Below, piece by piece: positions 27,915 to 41,104 of a stretch of 64,000 nucleotides of DNA (the first letter of the stretch is position 1; the number at the start of each line of letters is the position of its first letter). Under the pieces are notes generated by a model, which was not told the origin of the DNA, did no database searches, and saw nothing but the letters and a program-made list of their open reading frames with translations. The stretch covers positions 24,366,001 to 24,430,000 of the forward strand of contig NC_043015.1 in the NCBI RefSeq assembly GCF_006345805.1, given 5' to 3'. The position numbers and the translations under genes are program-made. The stretch is from Octopus sinensis (lineage: Eukaryota).

Positions 27915-28905
27915 ACATTGAATGGAGGTCCAGTGGAATAAAATAAGAAAAAAAGGGCTCCATAGGCGAAAAATAAAGGAGTAACACCCGTTAAATTCTT
28001 GCCGGTGAGTGAAAGGATGTTATTTCTGTCCACCGAGAGAGTTTACTGGATATTTAATCACGGAGGAGGTGGTAAAATGTAAGGCCACGTTTGTACACTG
28101 CTCACCTTCCTAACAACGAATATGGGTCAGTGAATTAGACGGGACACAGTCACGGTATTGGTTAAGTTATTGACATTTTCGTATGAAATAAGAATGTGGA
28201 TGTAGGAATGACTGAAAAACGCTACGTGACAAGTGGCGTTAGTATAGTTGAACATAGAAGTTCTAAGTGGAGAAAACAGTAAGGAGGTTCCAGAGCTGTA
28301 TATGTTTTCGGTGACAAAGGTAAGTCCGCATCTTTGGTCATGTGGTGCAGAAGGCCTTGTTTATTTATTTACCTTTTTAGTTGCAAAGTTTGGAGGAAGA
28401 AGTAGACATTTTAACTCTCGAAAGCACTTCGAGGTCCGAAGCATCAGTGTTTGTGATGCTGAATTGAAACTGTTGCACGTTTGCACCTCCAGAAAAGACA
28501 TGAGCAAGAACATTCCAGGGCAGTTGGAGGGTATATTCAGGACAGAGAGGACTGAGCAAGTTGGTTAGCGTGGTGCTGGGGTGGGTGTTGAGCAAAGCAA
28601 GGGTGATGAGATGCGAAAAGAGACGTGTGTCGGGGAATCCTACGGATAGGGACACAAGAGATCCGGGACTGCACAGCTCTGAGTAGTTGCCAAAATAATT
28701 GCGGTAAAAAAAAACACAGAGGGAAGAGACATCGCGTTTATGAGTCGAAGGCTGAAGTGCGTCTGCCAATGATGGGATGTCATTCAATCGAATGGCACTT
28801 CTCTGAATGAGGTCCAGGATGTTTGTGTGACTAGCAGTAGCACCGTTTAAGGTGGGGGTGGGAGACCTCACTCCATTGTGATAATTCCTACAGGTAAGGT
28901 AGCAA
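27915..28905 (-). mobile_element. CR1-group LINE 3' fragment (RT C-terminus plus 3' UTR)
   Basis: ORF 28377-28871 reads LDLIQRSAIRL..LQPSTHKRDVSSLCVFFYRNYFG..SEL..WNVL..VF..NVQQF, matching the CR1 LD.IQRRA.RL..LQPL.HRR.V.SL..FY motif. Confidence 0.8.
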
Positions 28906-31412
28906 GTACCACCGGAGAGCGTTCACTTTTGAAGAGTTAGAGAAATAGGAGAAGAAAGAGTGCAATATATGTTTGAGTTTTCTTATTCCAGCATAAATCT
29001 GTGTAAACCTGCTGCAGAATTAAAGTCTGTAAAATTGAGCCTAATTTCTGAAACAGTATAATTCAGATAAATATAAAATCGTTCGATACATAAATTTCGA
29101 TACAAATGAGTATCAGACAAAGTACTGAAATGAATAGATGTAATTTATATAACGTTTCGGACAGAATCCTTTTTCAGGGAAAATTTGAAAGGAGAGAAAT
29201 TAATGAATGACAGCATAACTTTACATCCTCCACACTCTACTGTCTCTCCTTAATTTCGTTCTTTAGTTTGCTCGATCGTATATAATTTATGTAATTTATG
29301 GAGACGATGCCTCACAACGACAGCTGCCCAAAGGTTGAATCCAATAAAACTGTGCATAACAATGTGTTGTTTACAAATTACTTTCAATGGATAGAAAATA
29401 TGGGTTAAAACAAATGAATTTGTAAACCATTGTTGAAAATAGATCAGTTGATTCAAATGCGTGAGATACTTCGTTATTAAACAATATTTTACTTCGGGAA
29501 ACAAAATCGAAAAACTCGAATATTGTAAGTGAATAGTAAGCTATCACAAGTCAAAATATGTGAGTGGATGAATACAAAATGTTTGGTAGAAAATAGGTTA
29601 ATGGAATCAAATATGCATGATACTGAGTTAATGAAGCATATTTGACTGCTGGAGACAAGATATTTGAAAGAAAATAAAAGTAAACGTCGAGATGAGTAGA
29701 CGTCAGATAAATTTAAGATTGTGCTGATAAAATTAGATTTAATAGGTGATAATGTGGAGGAAATACAATTTCTTAGCTTTGACAAATTTATTTCTAATAA
29801 GGTTTAAGTGTATAGTGTAGATCGTCCCTAATAGAGTGGTTCTATGATTAAAGGCTTTCGATTTGTAATCATCCCAGTTGATTTCTATACACTGCATGCT
29901 TTGGACTGATTTATCAAATGCCTTCTGTGCAATTTTTCAAAAGGAAGGGCGTGATTTTAAAAAGACTTAACTGATATTTTCAGCACAAAATTTAGCCATA
30001 CAATTGCTCAATCGTTGGCTCGTAAACACTCGAGTGCACGCACACGAACTCAAACGAAGGAGCAAAACTATATCCATTTCCTATGAAATACGTTTATGTT
30101 TGCTGCGAGACTGCATGAAATTGCAAATTAATTGAAATAAGATTCAGGGAGAAATAAAATATGGAATAACGTTGTAATATTGTCACTTGTTCCAATCTAA
30201 AATAGTTATTTCTCTAAATTTCGCACTCAAAACAGCTAAAGTTGGCAATTTCCATAGAAGACATTACACGGAAAGCCATACTAGAAGAATTCTTTGTTTA
30301 TCAGTTGATATAGATGTTAATTTTTAATTATATATTCATTACAAATATTGACACTCTCTCTTTCTCTCTCTCACTCTCTTCCCAATTCGTCTCTTTATCC
30401 ATATCTTCCTTCCTCTCTCTCTCCCTCTCGCTCTCTCTCTTGTCTCACTGCTGCAGTGCTAATTGCAATTTACACAGAAATACTCAAGGGAGGAATGTAT
30501 TTAAGAATGTTATAAAATCTAACGATCAACGCACACACACACACACACACACAATTATAGGCACGCATATTCAAACATTCACACACGTGCATCCTCATAC
30601 ACACACACACACACAATTGTACTCAGTGCATGATTTTCCAAACTAACAATTGAGAAATGTTTATGCGTGTGTTTATGCCTGATTGTGTTAAGTCACAATT
30701 TATAAATATATTTAGTTTCTGTTGATACAGCTTTGGCAAATATAAAGGTTGCCCAAACAGTTCCATTGCTACATTCTGCAAACATATCAGCAAAAATGGT
30801 TCTCAAAATCATAGGATATTTCCAGAATCAACGAAAGTATGCTGATTTGAGAATCCTTTATATTTGTTGGGTGCCGTTAAAGAAGTAAAAATCTAAAGAA
30901 GAAAAGTGGTTTTATTTTACTTAAGTGTATTGTACTAATTATAAACTTGTCTCGTTCTCTTTCAGTTAAACAATTTCATACTTGTGCACAATAGCTTATA
31001 AAAATAACCATTATTATAGGGGACTGTTACATTACACAATAAGGGCTGCAATGTGGAATCTGTTATATTTTCTCTGATTTAATACCTTTGCCGAGATCTC
31101 AATTGTTCGTGTCATAGAAGATCATATGACAAACGGGAATAAAATCAACTTTCATCTCTGCACATCTCTAATTGCCTATTTAAAATAAAGGCTAGTAATA
31201 CTAAAACGTACAACTGTACACACACGCACATACATACGTAGATACGTATATATATATATATATATATAGCAAAGGTATGAGAGGTATTGGTATTCGGAAG
31301 AGCGAAGATGGCAGGTAACGCTACGTAATTGCTATGGAAGGACCGTGGTTAAACGCTTGGTTTGATAATGATACGAGCGAGGAGTCTAATGCAGGCCTTA
31401 TATGAGCATGTA

Positions 31413-32183
31413 TATGTTAAATAAAATGAGACAACAAAGCCAAGGCTGTGTGGAATTTTCAGGAAGATTCTAACATATCACCAAACCTCACACACCACAT
31501 GCATATTCATTTCTTACATTGTTATCTCTTTATACCCTTCCTCTACTCCTCTCTCATCCCTCCTCATAACATATTGACCACCAACACTTTTCACTTTCTT
31601 ACACTTTTTTCACTTTCTCTTCTTGTTATCATTTTATGTTCCTCTTTTTTCTTCTCCTTTTCTCCCTTTTTTCCTTTGACCTCTCTCTTCAGTTTAACAT
31701 ACACATCGCTCTTCCCCTGTCTATCCACGTAATACTACCACTACATTCTTAAATTTTTATTCACACCACAAAACACATTTGAATGAAGAGCACATAGAAT
31801 CTACGTCCCCACACTTTCCATTTGTGATGACAAAATATGAACTTCTATCGGAATTTACATATCACGGATAGGAGGCATTTCTATCACTTCTACACACAAC
31901 TTTCCTTGGATACTCGAACTGCAACTATAACATCTTTATATAATTTTATTTGTATTTTATTTTCTACATTCATTCTCCTGTTTCCTTTTATACTCCTTAT
32001 TTGCTTCCCATTTCGAAATAACTCCTCATTTTGAAATCTAATATTTCCTTCTATTTAACCATCTCACATCGTTTCTGATGAAGGGATATCCCTAATATCC
32101 CAGAAACAGCTGTAAGACTAACTTTCTCTTTAGAAATGTCCTGAAAATTCTACACAGCCTTGGCTTTGTTTCCCATTTCATTT

Positions 32184-32189
<6 letters not shown>
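31413..32189 (+). mobile_element. ~780-bp element with ~52-bp inverted ends and a 3' hammerhead
   Basis: 31413-31464 is approximately the reverse complement of 32139-32189; HHR at 32071-32118. Confidence 0.7.
32071..32118 (+). ncRNA. Minimal type I hammerhead-like motif
   Basis: GUUU CUGAUGA A GGGAUAU cccua AUAUCCC A GAAA C AGCU GU A AGAC; core intact, palindromic loop III, A.A mismatch at the base of stem II. Confidence 0.7.
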
Positions 32190-32227
<38 letters not shown>

Positions 32228-32273
32228 AAATGAAAATTCTACACAGCCTTGGCTTTGTTTCCCATTTCATTTA

Positions 32274-32324
<51 letters not shown>

Positions 32325-32571
32325 GTTAAATGAAATGAGAAACAAAGCCAAGGCTGTGTAGAATTTTCAGGACATTTATATATATATATATATGACGGAC
32401 CTCTTTCGGTTTCTGCCTACCAAATCTACTCACAAGGCTTTGATTGGCTCAAGGCTATAAAAGAAGACACTTGCCCAAGGTGCACCGTAGTAGAACTAAA
32501 CCGAGGATTGTGGCTGGAAAGGAAACGTCTTATCACACAGCCAAGCCAAGCCTTTAGACGCGTTATATAAA

Positions 32572-32910
32572 TCTATATATATATAAACCTGAAAATGCGT
32601 GTCTGTCTGTCTGTGTGAATCTCTAAAACTTGAGAACTACACAACCAATTTCATTCAAGTTTTATACATGCCTTATTTAGGGTCCATGGAGTGTCATGGG
32701 CAAAAAAATGTTTTAACTTCTTGCCTAGGGCGAGCCCATAGCAATATCATATCCTTTCCACTATTTCAGTATTACGTGTTAAAAGTGAAACAAAAACATC
32801 TCTCTATTGTAATGTCACATGCTTTCAATTTAATAGTGAAATTAATAAAGTGAAACTATTATATAAGAGGGGTGAACCATTAACAGTGGATATCCATTTT
32901 GCTAGAAGAA
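32572..32910 (+). mobile_element. Non-autonomous Helitron-like element
   Basis: TCTATATATATATAAACC...GTCTGTCTGTCTG 5' signature; CTAG near 32903. Confidence 0.45.
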
Positions 32911-33109
32911 GATCCGCTATGATCCTATATGCTACACCGCTGCTTTTCAATTCATATTAATCAAATTAATATTCAATTTTTCACCCTTATTATTTTTAAT
33001 TTAAATTTACATGTATATATATATATATATAGACAAAAGACATGTAAATTTAAATATATATATAGATGTATATATACAGATGTATATATATATGGATGTA
33101 TATATATAA

Positions 33110-33120
<11 letters not shown>

Positions 33121-33157
<37 letters not shown>

Positions 33158-33715
33158 ATGTATACATGTATATGTATAGCTGTATATATATATATATACA
33201 TGTGTATGCATAGGTGTATATGTATACATGTGTAGATGTATATATATATAGATGTACATGTAATATGTACACATATATATATACATATATATATATGCAT
33301 ACATATATACACTCATACACACACACACAGAGCACACACATACATAGGTGCAGGTGTGGCTGTGTGGTAACACATGGTCCGCAGTTCAGTCCCACTGTGT
33401 GCTAACTTGGCATGTGTCTTCTGCTATATCCTCAGACCAACCAAAGCCTTGTCAGTGTATTTTGTGGACATAAACTGAAAGAAATCAATTGTATATATAT
33501 GTATATATGTAAGTCTATGTGTATGTTTTGTGTTCTCTCTCATCACTGCTTCACAACTGGTAGTCGTTTATTTACATCCCTATAACTTACTGGCTTCACA
33601 AGAAGAAATTTATAGTAACATGCTTATCAAAATAAAAAAAAAGCACTAAGCAGTGTCTCATATTTTTGTTTTCCCACTCAGTTGTATCTATCAATTCATC
33701 TTTGTGTGTGTGTGC

Positions 33716-33787
<72 letters not shown>

Positions 33788-34351
33788 CATGTATATGTAT
33801 ACATGTATATGTATAGCTGTATATATATATATACATGTGTATGCATAGGTGTATATGTATACATGTGTAGATGTATATATATATAGATGTACATGTAATA
33901 TGTACACATATATATATACATATATATATATGCATACATATATACACTCATACACACACACACAGAGCACACACATACATAGGTGCAGGTGTGGCTGTGT
34001 GGTAACACATGGTCCGCAGTTCAGTCCCACTGTGTGCTAACTTGGCATGTGTCTTCTGCTATATCCTCAGACCAACCAAAGCCTTGTCAGTGTATTTTGT
34101 GGACATAAACTGAAAGAAATCAATTGTATATATATGTATATATGTAAGTCTATGTGTATGTTTTGTGTTTCTCTCTCATCACTGCTTCACAACTGGTAGT
34201 CGTTTATTTACATCCCTATAACTTACTGGCTTCACAAGAAGAAATTTATAGTAACATGCTTATCAAAATAAAAAAAAAGCACTAAGCAGTGTCTCATATT
34301 TTTGTTTTCCCACTCAGTTGTATCTATCAATTCATCTTTGTGTGTGTGTGC

Positions 34352-34430
<79 letters not shown>

Positions 34431-35000
34431 ATATACATGTATATGTATACATGTATATGTATAGCTGTATATATATATATATATACATGTGTATGCATAG
34501 GTGTATATGTATACATGTGTAGATGTATATATATAGATGTACATGTAATATGTACACATATATATATACATATATATATATGCATACATATATACACTCA
34601 TACACACACACACAGAGCACACACATACATAGGTGCAGGTGTGGCTGTGTGGTAACACATGGTCCGCAGTTCAGTCCCACTGTGTGCTAACTTGGCATGT
34701 GTCTTCTGCTATATCCTCAGACCAACCAAAGCCTTGTCAGTGTATTTTGTGGACATAAACTGAAAGAAATCAATTGTATATATATGTATATATGTAAGTC
34801 TATGTGTATGTTTTGTGTTCTCTCTCATCACTGCTTCACAACTGGTAGTCGTTTATTTACATCCCTATAACTTACTGGCTTCACAAGAAGAAATTTATAG
34901 TAACATGCTTATCAAAATAAAAAAAAAGCACTAAGCAGTGTCTCATATTTTTGTTTTCCCACTCAGTTGTATCTATCAATTCATCTTTGTGTGTGTGTGC

Positions 35001-35060
<60 letters not shown>
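33121..35060 (+). repeat. Tandem triplication of a ~635-650-bp unit (microsatellite + family B SINE)
   Basis: GGTGCAGGTGTGGCTGTGTGG at 33347, 33982 and 34632; copies nearly identical outside the (TA)n tracts. Confidence 0.95.
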
Positions 35061-35109
35061 GGATTTCGTAGACAGGAACTGAAACAAATCATTCGTATAT
35101 ATATATATG

Positions 35110-35330
35110 TATGTATATATGTAGTTAATCCAAACAAGAAAGCACATAAAAACACAACAACGCGAGGACATGGAACAAATATAGTATTATTGGACGCTCA
35201 GGAAAAAAGGAAAGAAGGAGGGTTTAACGTTTCGTGCGGAGCTCTTCGTCGGAAACATAGGAGAAGGAAAGATCCAGAGAAGGGAAGACAGAGGAAAAAA
35301 AATCGCCAACGGTACACACGAGGTCACATT
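35110..35330 (-). mobile_element. Hammerhead-bearing short element inserted into a family B SINE
   Basis: Minus strand 35256-35222 reads GUUU CCGACGA A GAGC UCC GCAC GAAA CGUU AAAC; similar to the 14.3-kb element; SINE sequence resumes near 35331. Confidence 0.65.
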
Positions 35331-36383
35331 TTCTCTTTGTCTCTGTGTTTCGCCTTCATCACTGCTTCACAACTGCTGTTCATTTATTTACACCCCCATA
35401 ACTTACTGGTTTCACAAGAACAAACTAATAGAATAAGTACCAGGCTTATATTTATAAAATTTCATCTTCTTACAAGTTACAAAAAACCCTCGATGGGGAC
35501 TTAACACCCACAATCTTGTCATTTTATCTAAGCAAAAACGAATACAGTTGTGCTCTTGGAAGCTGTAGGGTTACCCGAGCATAAAAGATGAGCATTATTT
35601 GTAATTCATTGGTACAACAGTGTAACAGTTTGCTTTGACATACACTTACATTGTGATTTCTGCAATATGCTGCATAAATTATCAAGTAAATGAGAGGCAT
35701 GTTTGCCTCCACTGATTCAGTTGCAAAGTGTTGAGTAAAGTCATTTGATTACAGACCTCCTTTCAGTCTTTTAATTATCACTGGGTCACACATAGTCCCC
35801 AGATGGTAACATTGATTTCAAGGCCTTCTCAGATGAGTGACTGGTTATTCAAAGACATTTATAGATTGTAACTTTATTCTGTTCAGTAATGCATCTTACG
35901 GCTGTACCTTTCACCTGAATGGTGAGGAATCCTACATTGGGAGTGGTAACGACTAGGGTAGAGTAACTGACTGCTTATTGTGATCAGTCGTCTTTTGGTT
36001 TCCTGTAGCTTTGCTCTCTTTTACAAACCCAGTGAACATATAATTCCTATTTCAAAGAAATTCAAACAATAGTTATAAGACCCAAGTTAAAAAGATTCTC
36101 AACTTCTCTGGTTGACATTAAGATGCCCACCACCATTTTAGCTCACATTTTAGAGCTTCATGACCTTCATATTTCAAGAGCAAAATCTTTTTAACAGGTT
36201 CAATAAAACTAGAATTTTGGAATATGTGCATAAAAATCATTAGTATGGGATACATGTGGCACGATTACAATATTTTTAGGGTGTGTAGAGAGGGAAATAA
36301 CCCTCATCTGCAATTTTGATGAAATTCGAAACATAGATATTCTAGTTCATTACAGAAAAGTCTAATTCTTCAATTGCATGTAA

Positions 36384-36412
36384 CCCGGGCAATGCCGGGT
36401 ATCTCTGCTAGT
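36384..36412 (+). mobile_element. Helitron 3' terminus
   Basis: GC hairpin CCCGGGCAATGCCGGG followed 8 nt later by CTAG|T. Confidence 0.6.
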
Positions 36413-36842
36413 ATAATATATATATATATATATATTAAAGTTCACACACACACACAGATAGGTAGATAAAAGAAGTAAAGTTTTCTTTGTCAATTTGACT
36501 AGCAGTCTAACATTGTTGAAGTACAACATAGAATTCACTTGAGGAATGATATGTTTAACCTTCCCCACCGCCTACATCGAGCGCCGCCGCCGCCTCCACC
36601 CACCATAAGCGCCAACGCATCCGCCATTATATCCAGTGTTTGTGTGCCATTGCAGACTGTGTCGAATGGGAAGCCTATCTCAGTTGTCAGTTACAGATTA
36701 AGAGATTGATTTTAATTCATCATCGGACGAAAAGACGATGTTAGAGAATCTTATAAAAGTGAATAATATTACAAACTTTCAATTAAACAACAACAATGAT
36801 AAAATAAAAACAACAACGACGACGATAATAATAATAATAATG

Positions 36843-36894
<52 letters not shown>

Positions 36895-37236
36895 CAACAA
36901 TAATAATTATAATAAATTACAAAGTAACTCAGTGCAGAAAGAGAAAATAAGCCAAACCTGCAGTGAAAATAAAGATTTCGCAAGAGCATCACCAACTGAA
37001 GACAGTATCTTCTGGTGTTTAGTAGAAAACAAATGTAGTGTGTGTGTGTGTGAGTGTGTACGTGTGCGTGCTCGCGGGCGTGTTTGCTTATCTGTCTATC
37101 GGTCGATATATCTATGCAGTGAACTAGATACATAGAGATCTATCTATCTATCTATCTATATATATATATATATATATATCTATAGCTGTCTGTATAGTAT
37201 TTTGTATACCTATCTCTATATTTATCTATGTGTTTC

Positions 37237-37283
<47 letters not shown>

Positions 37284-37350
37284 TGGGTGGCTTATTCGTA
37301 ATTTTACAACATAAAGGCAGATATATAGACAACCTTAAAGTGACGAAAGT

Positions 37351-37648
37351 GGAGGCCCATGATTAGAGCAGCCAACATGCGGTCGCGGGATTGCAGGTTC
37401 GAATCTCACACCGGGCGACGTGTGTGTTTATGAGCGAAACACCTAAGCTCCATGCGGCTCCGGCAGAGCGTAATGCTGAACTTCTGCTGACTCTTTCGCC
37501 ACAACTTACCCACAATCTTTTCTCCCTGCATCTAGCAGCTCGTCTGCGACGGACCGGCGTTCAATCCAGGTGGGGCATCTATGCGCCAAGGAAACCGAGA
37601 AACCGGCCCTCATGAACTAGGCATGGCTCGAGAAGGGACAAACAGCAA
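37351..37648 (+). mobile_element. tRNA-headed SINE related to family C
   Basis: GGTTCGAATC B-box; GAGCGAAACACCTAAGCTCCA body shared with the 62130 copy. Confidence 0.7.
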
Positions 37649-37650
37649 AA

Positions 37651-37883
37651 TGACAAAGGTCACTAATCAGCACCAGTTTTTGCTCGAAATAAGAGTCAAA
37701 ATAAATTAAAGGACACGGAAAGTAATATTTTAATATGACTGACAAGGGAGTCAAGCTCCAACCAGCCGCTGAAGGGAGATTGCCTCCATTGTCAGTCATT
37801 AAACCATTGCTTTCCGTGTCCATTAAGTTGCTTTGCCTCTTACTTCTAGCAATACTGGTGCTGATGAGTGACCTTTGTCACTA
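37651..37883. mobile_element. ~230-bp foldback MITE
   Basis: TGACAAAGGTCACTAATCAGCACCAGT pairs with ACTGGTGCTGATGAGTGACCTTTGTCA; about 105-bp imperfect arms. Confidence 0.75.
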
Positions 37884-38062
37884 TAGTCATGTCTACACAA
37901 TCACGCACACAAGGACACGAACACACACACACACACATATACGCTACAGCGACACACATACATGGATGAAATACAATTTTAGCTTTTCCTTTAATTTAAG
38001 CGAGAGTTTCCAATAATTTAACAGGTTGGCAGTGCTATAGCTATGCCCAATCAACTTAATTA

Positions 38063-38125
<63 letters not shown>

Positions 38126-38129
<4 letters not shown>

Positions 38130-38895
38130 AATTCTACCAAAAATGTCTTCATCGCATTTTAAACATTAAATATTCTTTTACTCCAAACACAGATGCCCTT
38201 GCATCTTCAGGTATCACCTCAATTAAAGCAATGATTTTGAAGAAGCAAGTGAGATGGTGTGGCTATGGCGGATGAACTCACATCCAAACAACTGTTTTAT
38301 GGTAAGCTCGCAGATGGAAACGCTATCGGTGTAAACCTAAAGAACGGTTTATGGACGGCATAAGGACTACCATGAAGTCACTTGGAATGGATCCGGATGA
38401 CATAGAAACCATTGCTTCGGATCGATCTGGATAGTGAACTAAAATGTGGAGTGGAGTGAATGCGTTGGAAGAGGTCAAGATAACGCGTGTAAGACTCAAG
38501 AGAGATTTAAAGAAGAATTTTACGAGCGGGAATGTGAATCACAATGAACTTTTTTGGTGTATAGTTTGTGACAGAACATGCTTTTCTCTTGCTGGGCTCA
38601 GATCTCATTTGCGAACCCATGGAAAACAAACCTCCACCAACTATTCTGCCTATAGGTCTGTGCACACCTTTCAATACAATGTATGCCAGAAGGTCTGCAA
38701 ATCTAACGGAGGCCTCGATGGGTATTAAGATCCACATAGACCAGAACTTAACTGCATCTCTTTGTGGTCCAAATCGAGTAAGCAATCTCTGTGGGTGTCT
38801 TTTCAAAACATTGTATGGTTTAAAAAGCCACATCAGATGACCATGACGGTTCTAAGGTGTAGGTACAGGAGGTAGTCAAACTCTGCATAAGGTGT
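38126..38895 (+). mobile_element. RTE-type LINE 3' fragment with three C2H2 zinc-finger remnants
   Basis: SGITSIKAMILKKQVRWCG..KQLFYGKLADG..RFMDGIRTTMKSLGMD..ETIASDRSG; CIVCDRTCFSLAGLRSHLRTH at 38558-38620; two further degenerate fingers. Confidence 0.8.
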
Positions 38896-38938
38896 AGAGA
38901 ACCACCACACATATATATACATACATATATATATATAC

Positions 38939-38983
<45 letters not shown>

Positions 38984-39192
38984 CGTACATACATACATAT
39001 ATAATATATGGTGAGATGTGTTTGTATATGTGTTTATATATATATATATATATACATGTATGTGTGTAAGTGTATGTGTATAAGAATCTAGCCAGTGAGA
39101 AAGACAGGCAGGTAAGTAGATAGATAACACTTGTTAAGATTCTACGTGTTTGTTAATTCCCTTCGATGCCTATGTAGATATACACACACTTT

Positions 39193-39239
<47 letters not shown>

Positions 39240-39529
39240 GTGAGTGAGTGAATATGTCAGCTGAAGGCAAAAGAGCCACTGCCAGCAGTAATAGACATTT
39301 TATGCCGTGTGAAGTCGCAAAAAGTGTCTTGCTCAAGAAGACAATGCATTGCCTGGTTCAAGAATAAACCCAACGACATAATATGTGCGTGTGTATGTGT
39401 GTGTGCGTGAGTGTGTGTGCTTTCCTCTATATATGCATAACTGCAGTTGTTTTCCCTAATAAATTGCATAATGTACGTAGATGGATGGATGGATGGATGG
39501 ATGAATGGATAGATAGATAGATAGATAGC

Positions 39530-39594
<65 letters not shown>

Positions 39595-39644
39595 TGATGG
39601 ATGGATAGATAGACAGATAGATAGATAAAGAAACAGCTACATAG

Positions 39645-39683
<39 letters not shown>

Positions 39684-39706
39684 TAGATAGATAGATAGAT
39701 AGATTT

Positions 39707-39793
<87 letters not shown>

Positions 39794-39804
39794 TATGTAT
39801 GTAT

Positions 39805-39868
<64 letters not shown>

Positions 39869-41071
39869 TAATAGAGATAGAGTCATAGAGACAGATAGAT
39901 AGGTAGATAAGATTGCTTTTTTCCAATCTGCCATTGCACCTCTAATGAGTGGGGCATTATGGTTTCAAGGGATTTAGCTGCTATATCTAAAACTTCAACT
40001 GCTCACATAAAACAAGATTCCTGTGTTGGCTCGATATAAGACCTTTTCTCAATAAACATTTTTATTCACATATTTTTTAGTTATTTTATTTATTTTATAG
40101 ATTTACCTCTCAGTTTATTTTTGATATTCTTGTTTTTATGGTTTTTACCTCTCCACCTCGTGTTGATAGTCGAAGATAATGGAACGTTCTTTGGAATTAT
40201 TAGATAAAACCAAAAACGAAAAACATATAGAACCTGTGATAGAATATCCATGCAAACAAACGTGCACATAACACACACACTCATAGACGCATACAGTAAA
40301 TACACGTAAACAAAGATATGCACACACATACACACCACGTACACAGTGACATAGACATATGTACGTATACACACACACACACACAAACACACAACTATAT
40401 ATATGCACACACACATTTATAACTATATATACTCACATACAAATATATATATCTTCAATTTTTTATCCAATAATTATAAACAATAACGAGACCATCACAG
40501 TGGAATATGTATAGGAGTTGGTATTATTTCTGTGTGTGAGTGTGTGTGTGTGTGTGCGTATGTGAGGATGTCGGGGGCAGAGTGAACACTTTCGGAATAG
40601 GCTTGCCTATTTAAGTTCGAGCTTGTGAAATCACGAACAAGGAACTTCAAAGGGGAGAGCAGCAGAGCTCATAGGGGAGAGAAATAGAGGCAGAGAGAGA
40701 GGGAGAGAAGGCGAGCGCATGCGTGTGAGATCAGCGGTGATAATGACGATGGTGACGGCGGTGAGTTTATGCATGAGAAAAGAGTGGGAAATAGTAGAGG
40801 GGAGAGTGAGAATTGTAAAATCATCGAACATTACCGAATGATAGTGGCATAATTGACCAGGAGCCACACGGGAAAGATGGGTGAGATCAAAGAAACTGCA
40901 TATATATGGCATTATCAATAAATGCCATTAGCATACATGCTTCAAGACCGGCATACAACAGATAACAGAGTTCATTATCGCTACACATGTACAGAAAACA
41001 GAAGGAATGTGTGTGTGTGTGTGTGTGAGGCTACGAGTATATAAACATACACATACACACACACATACGTA

Positions 41072-41104
<33 letters not shown>

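Noticed and set aside
29145-29180. Minus-strand CUGAAAAA GGA UUCUG UCC GAAAC GUU motif
   Set aside because: The conserved G8 is missing and no stem I forms; at best a very eroded HHR.
29250-29790. Partly open frames on both strands
   Set aside because: No recognisable domain or splice structure; consistent with AT-rich chance ORFs.
33121-35060. Regular repeats as a CRISPR-like array
   Set aside because: The units are ~640 bp with no unique spacers, the context is eukaryotic and there are no cas genes.
37861-37887. CUGAUGA followed by the perfect stem GUGAC/GUCAC, resembling a hammerhead
   Set aside because: It is followed by UAUAG rather than GAAA, and the stem is the MITE terminal palindrome.
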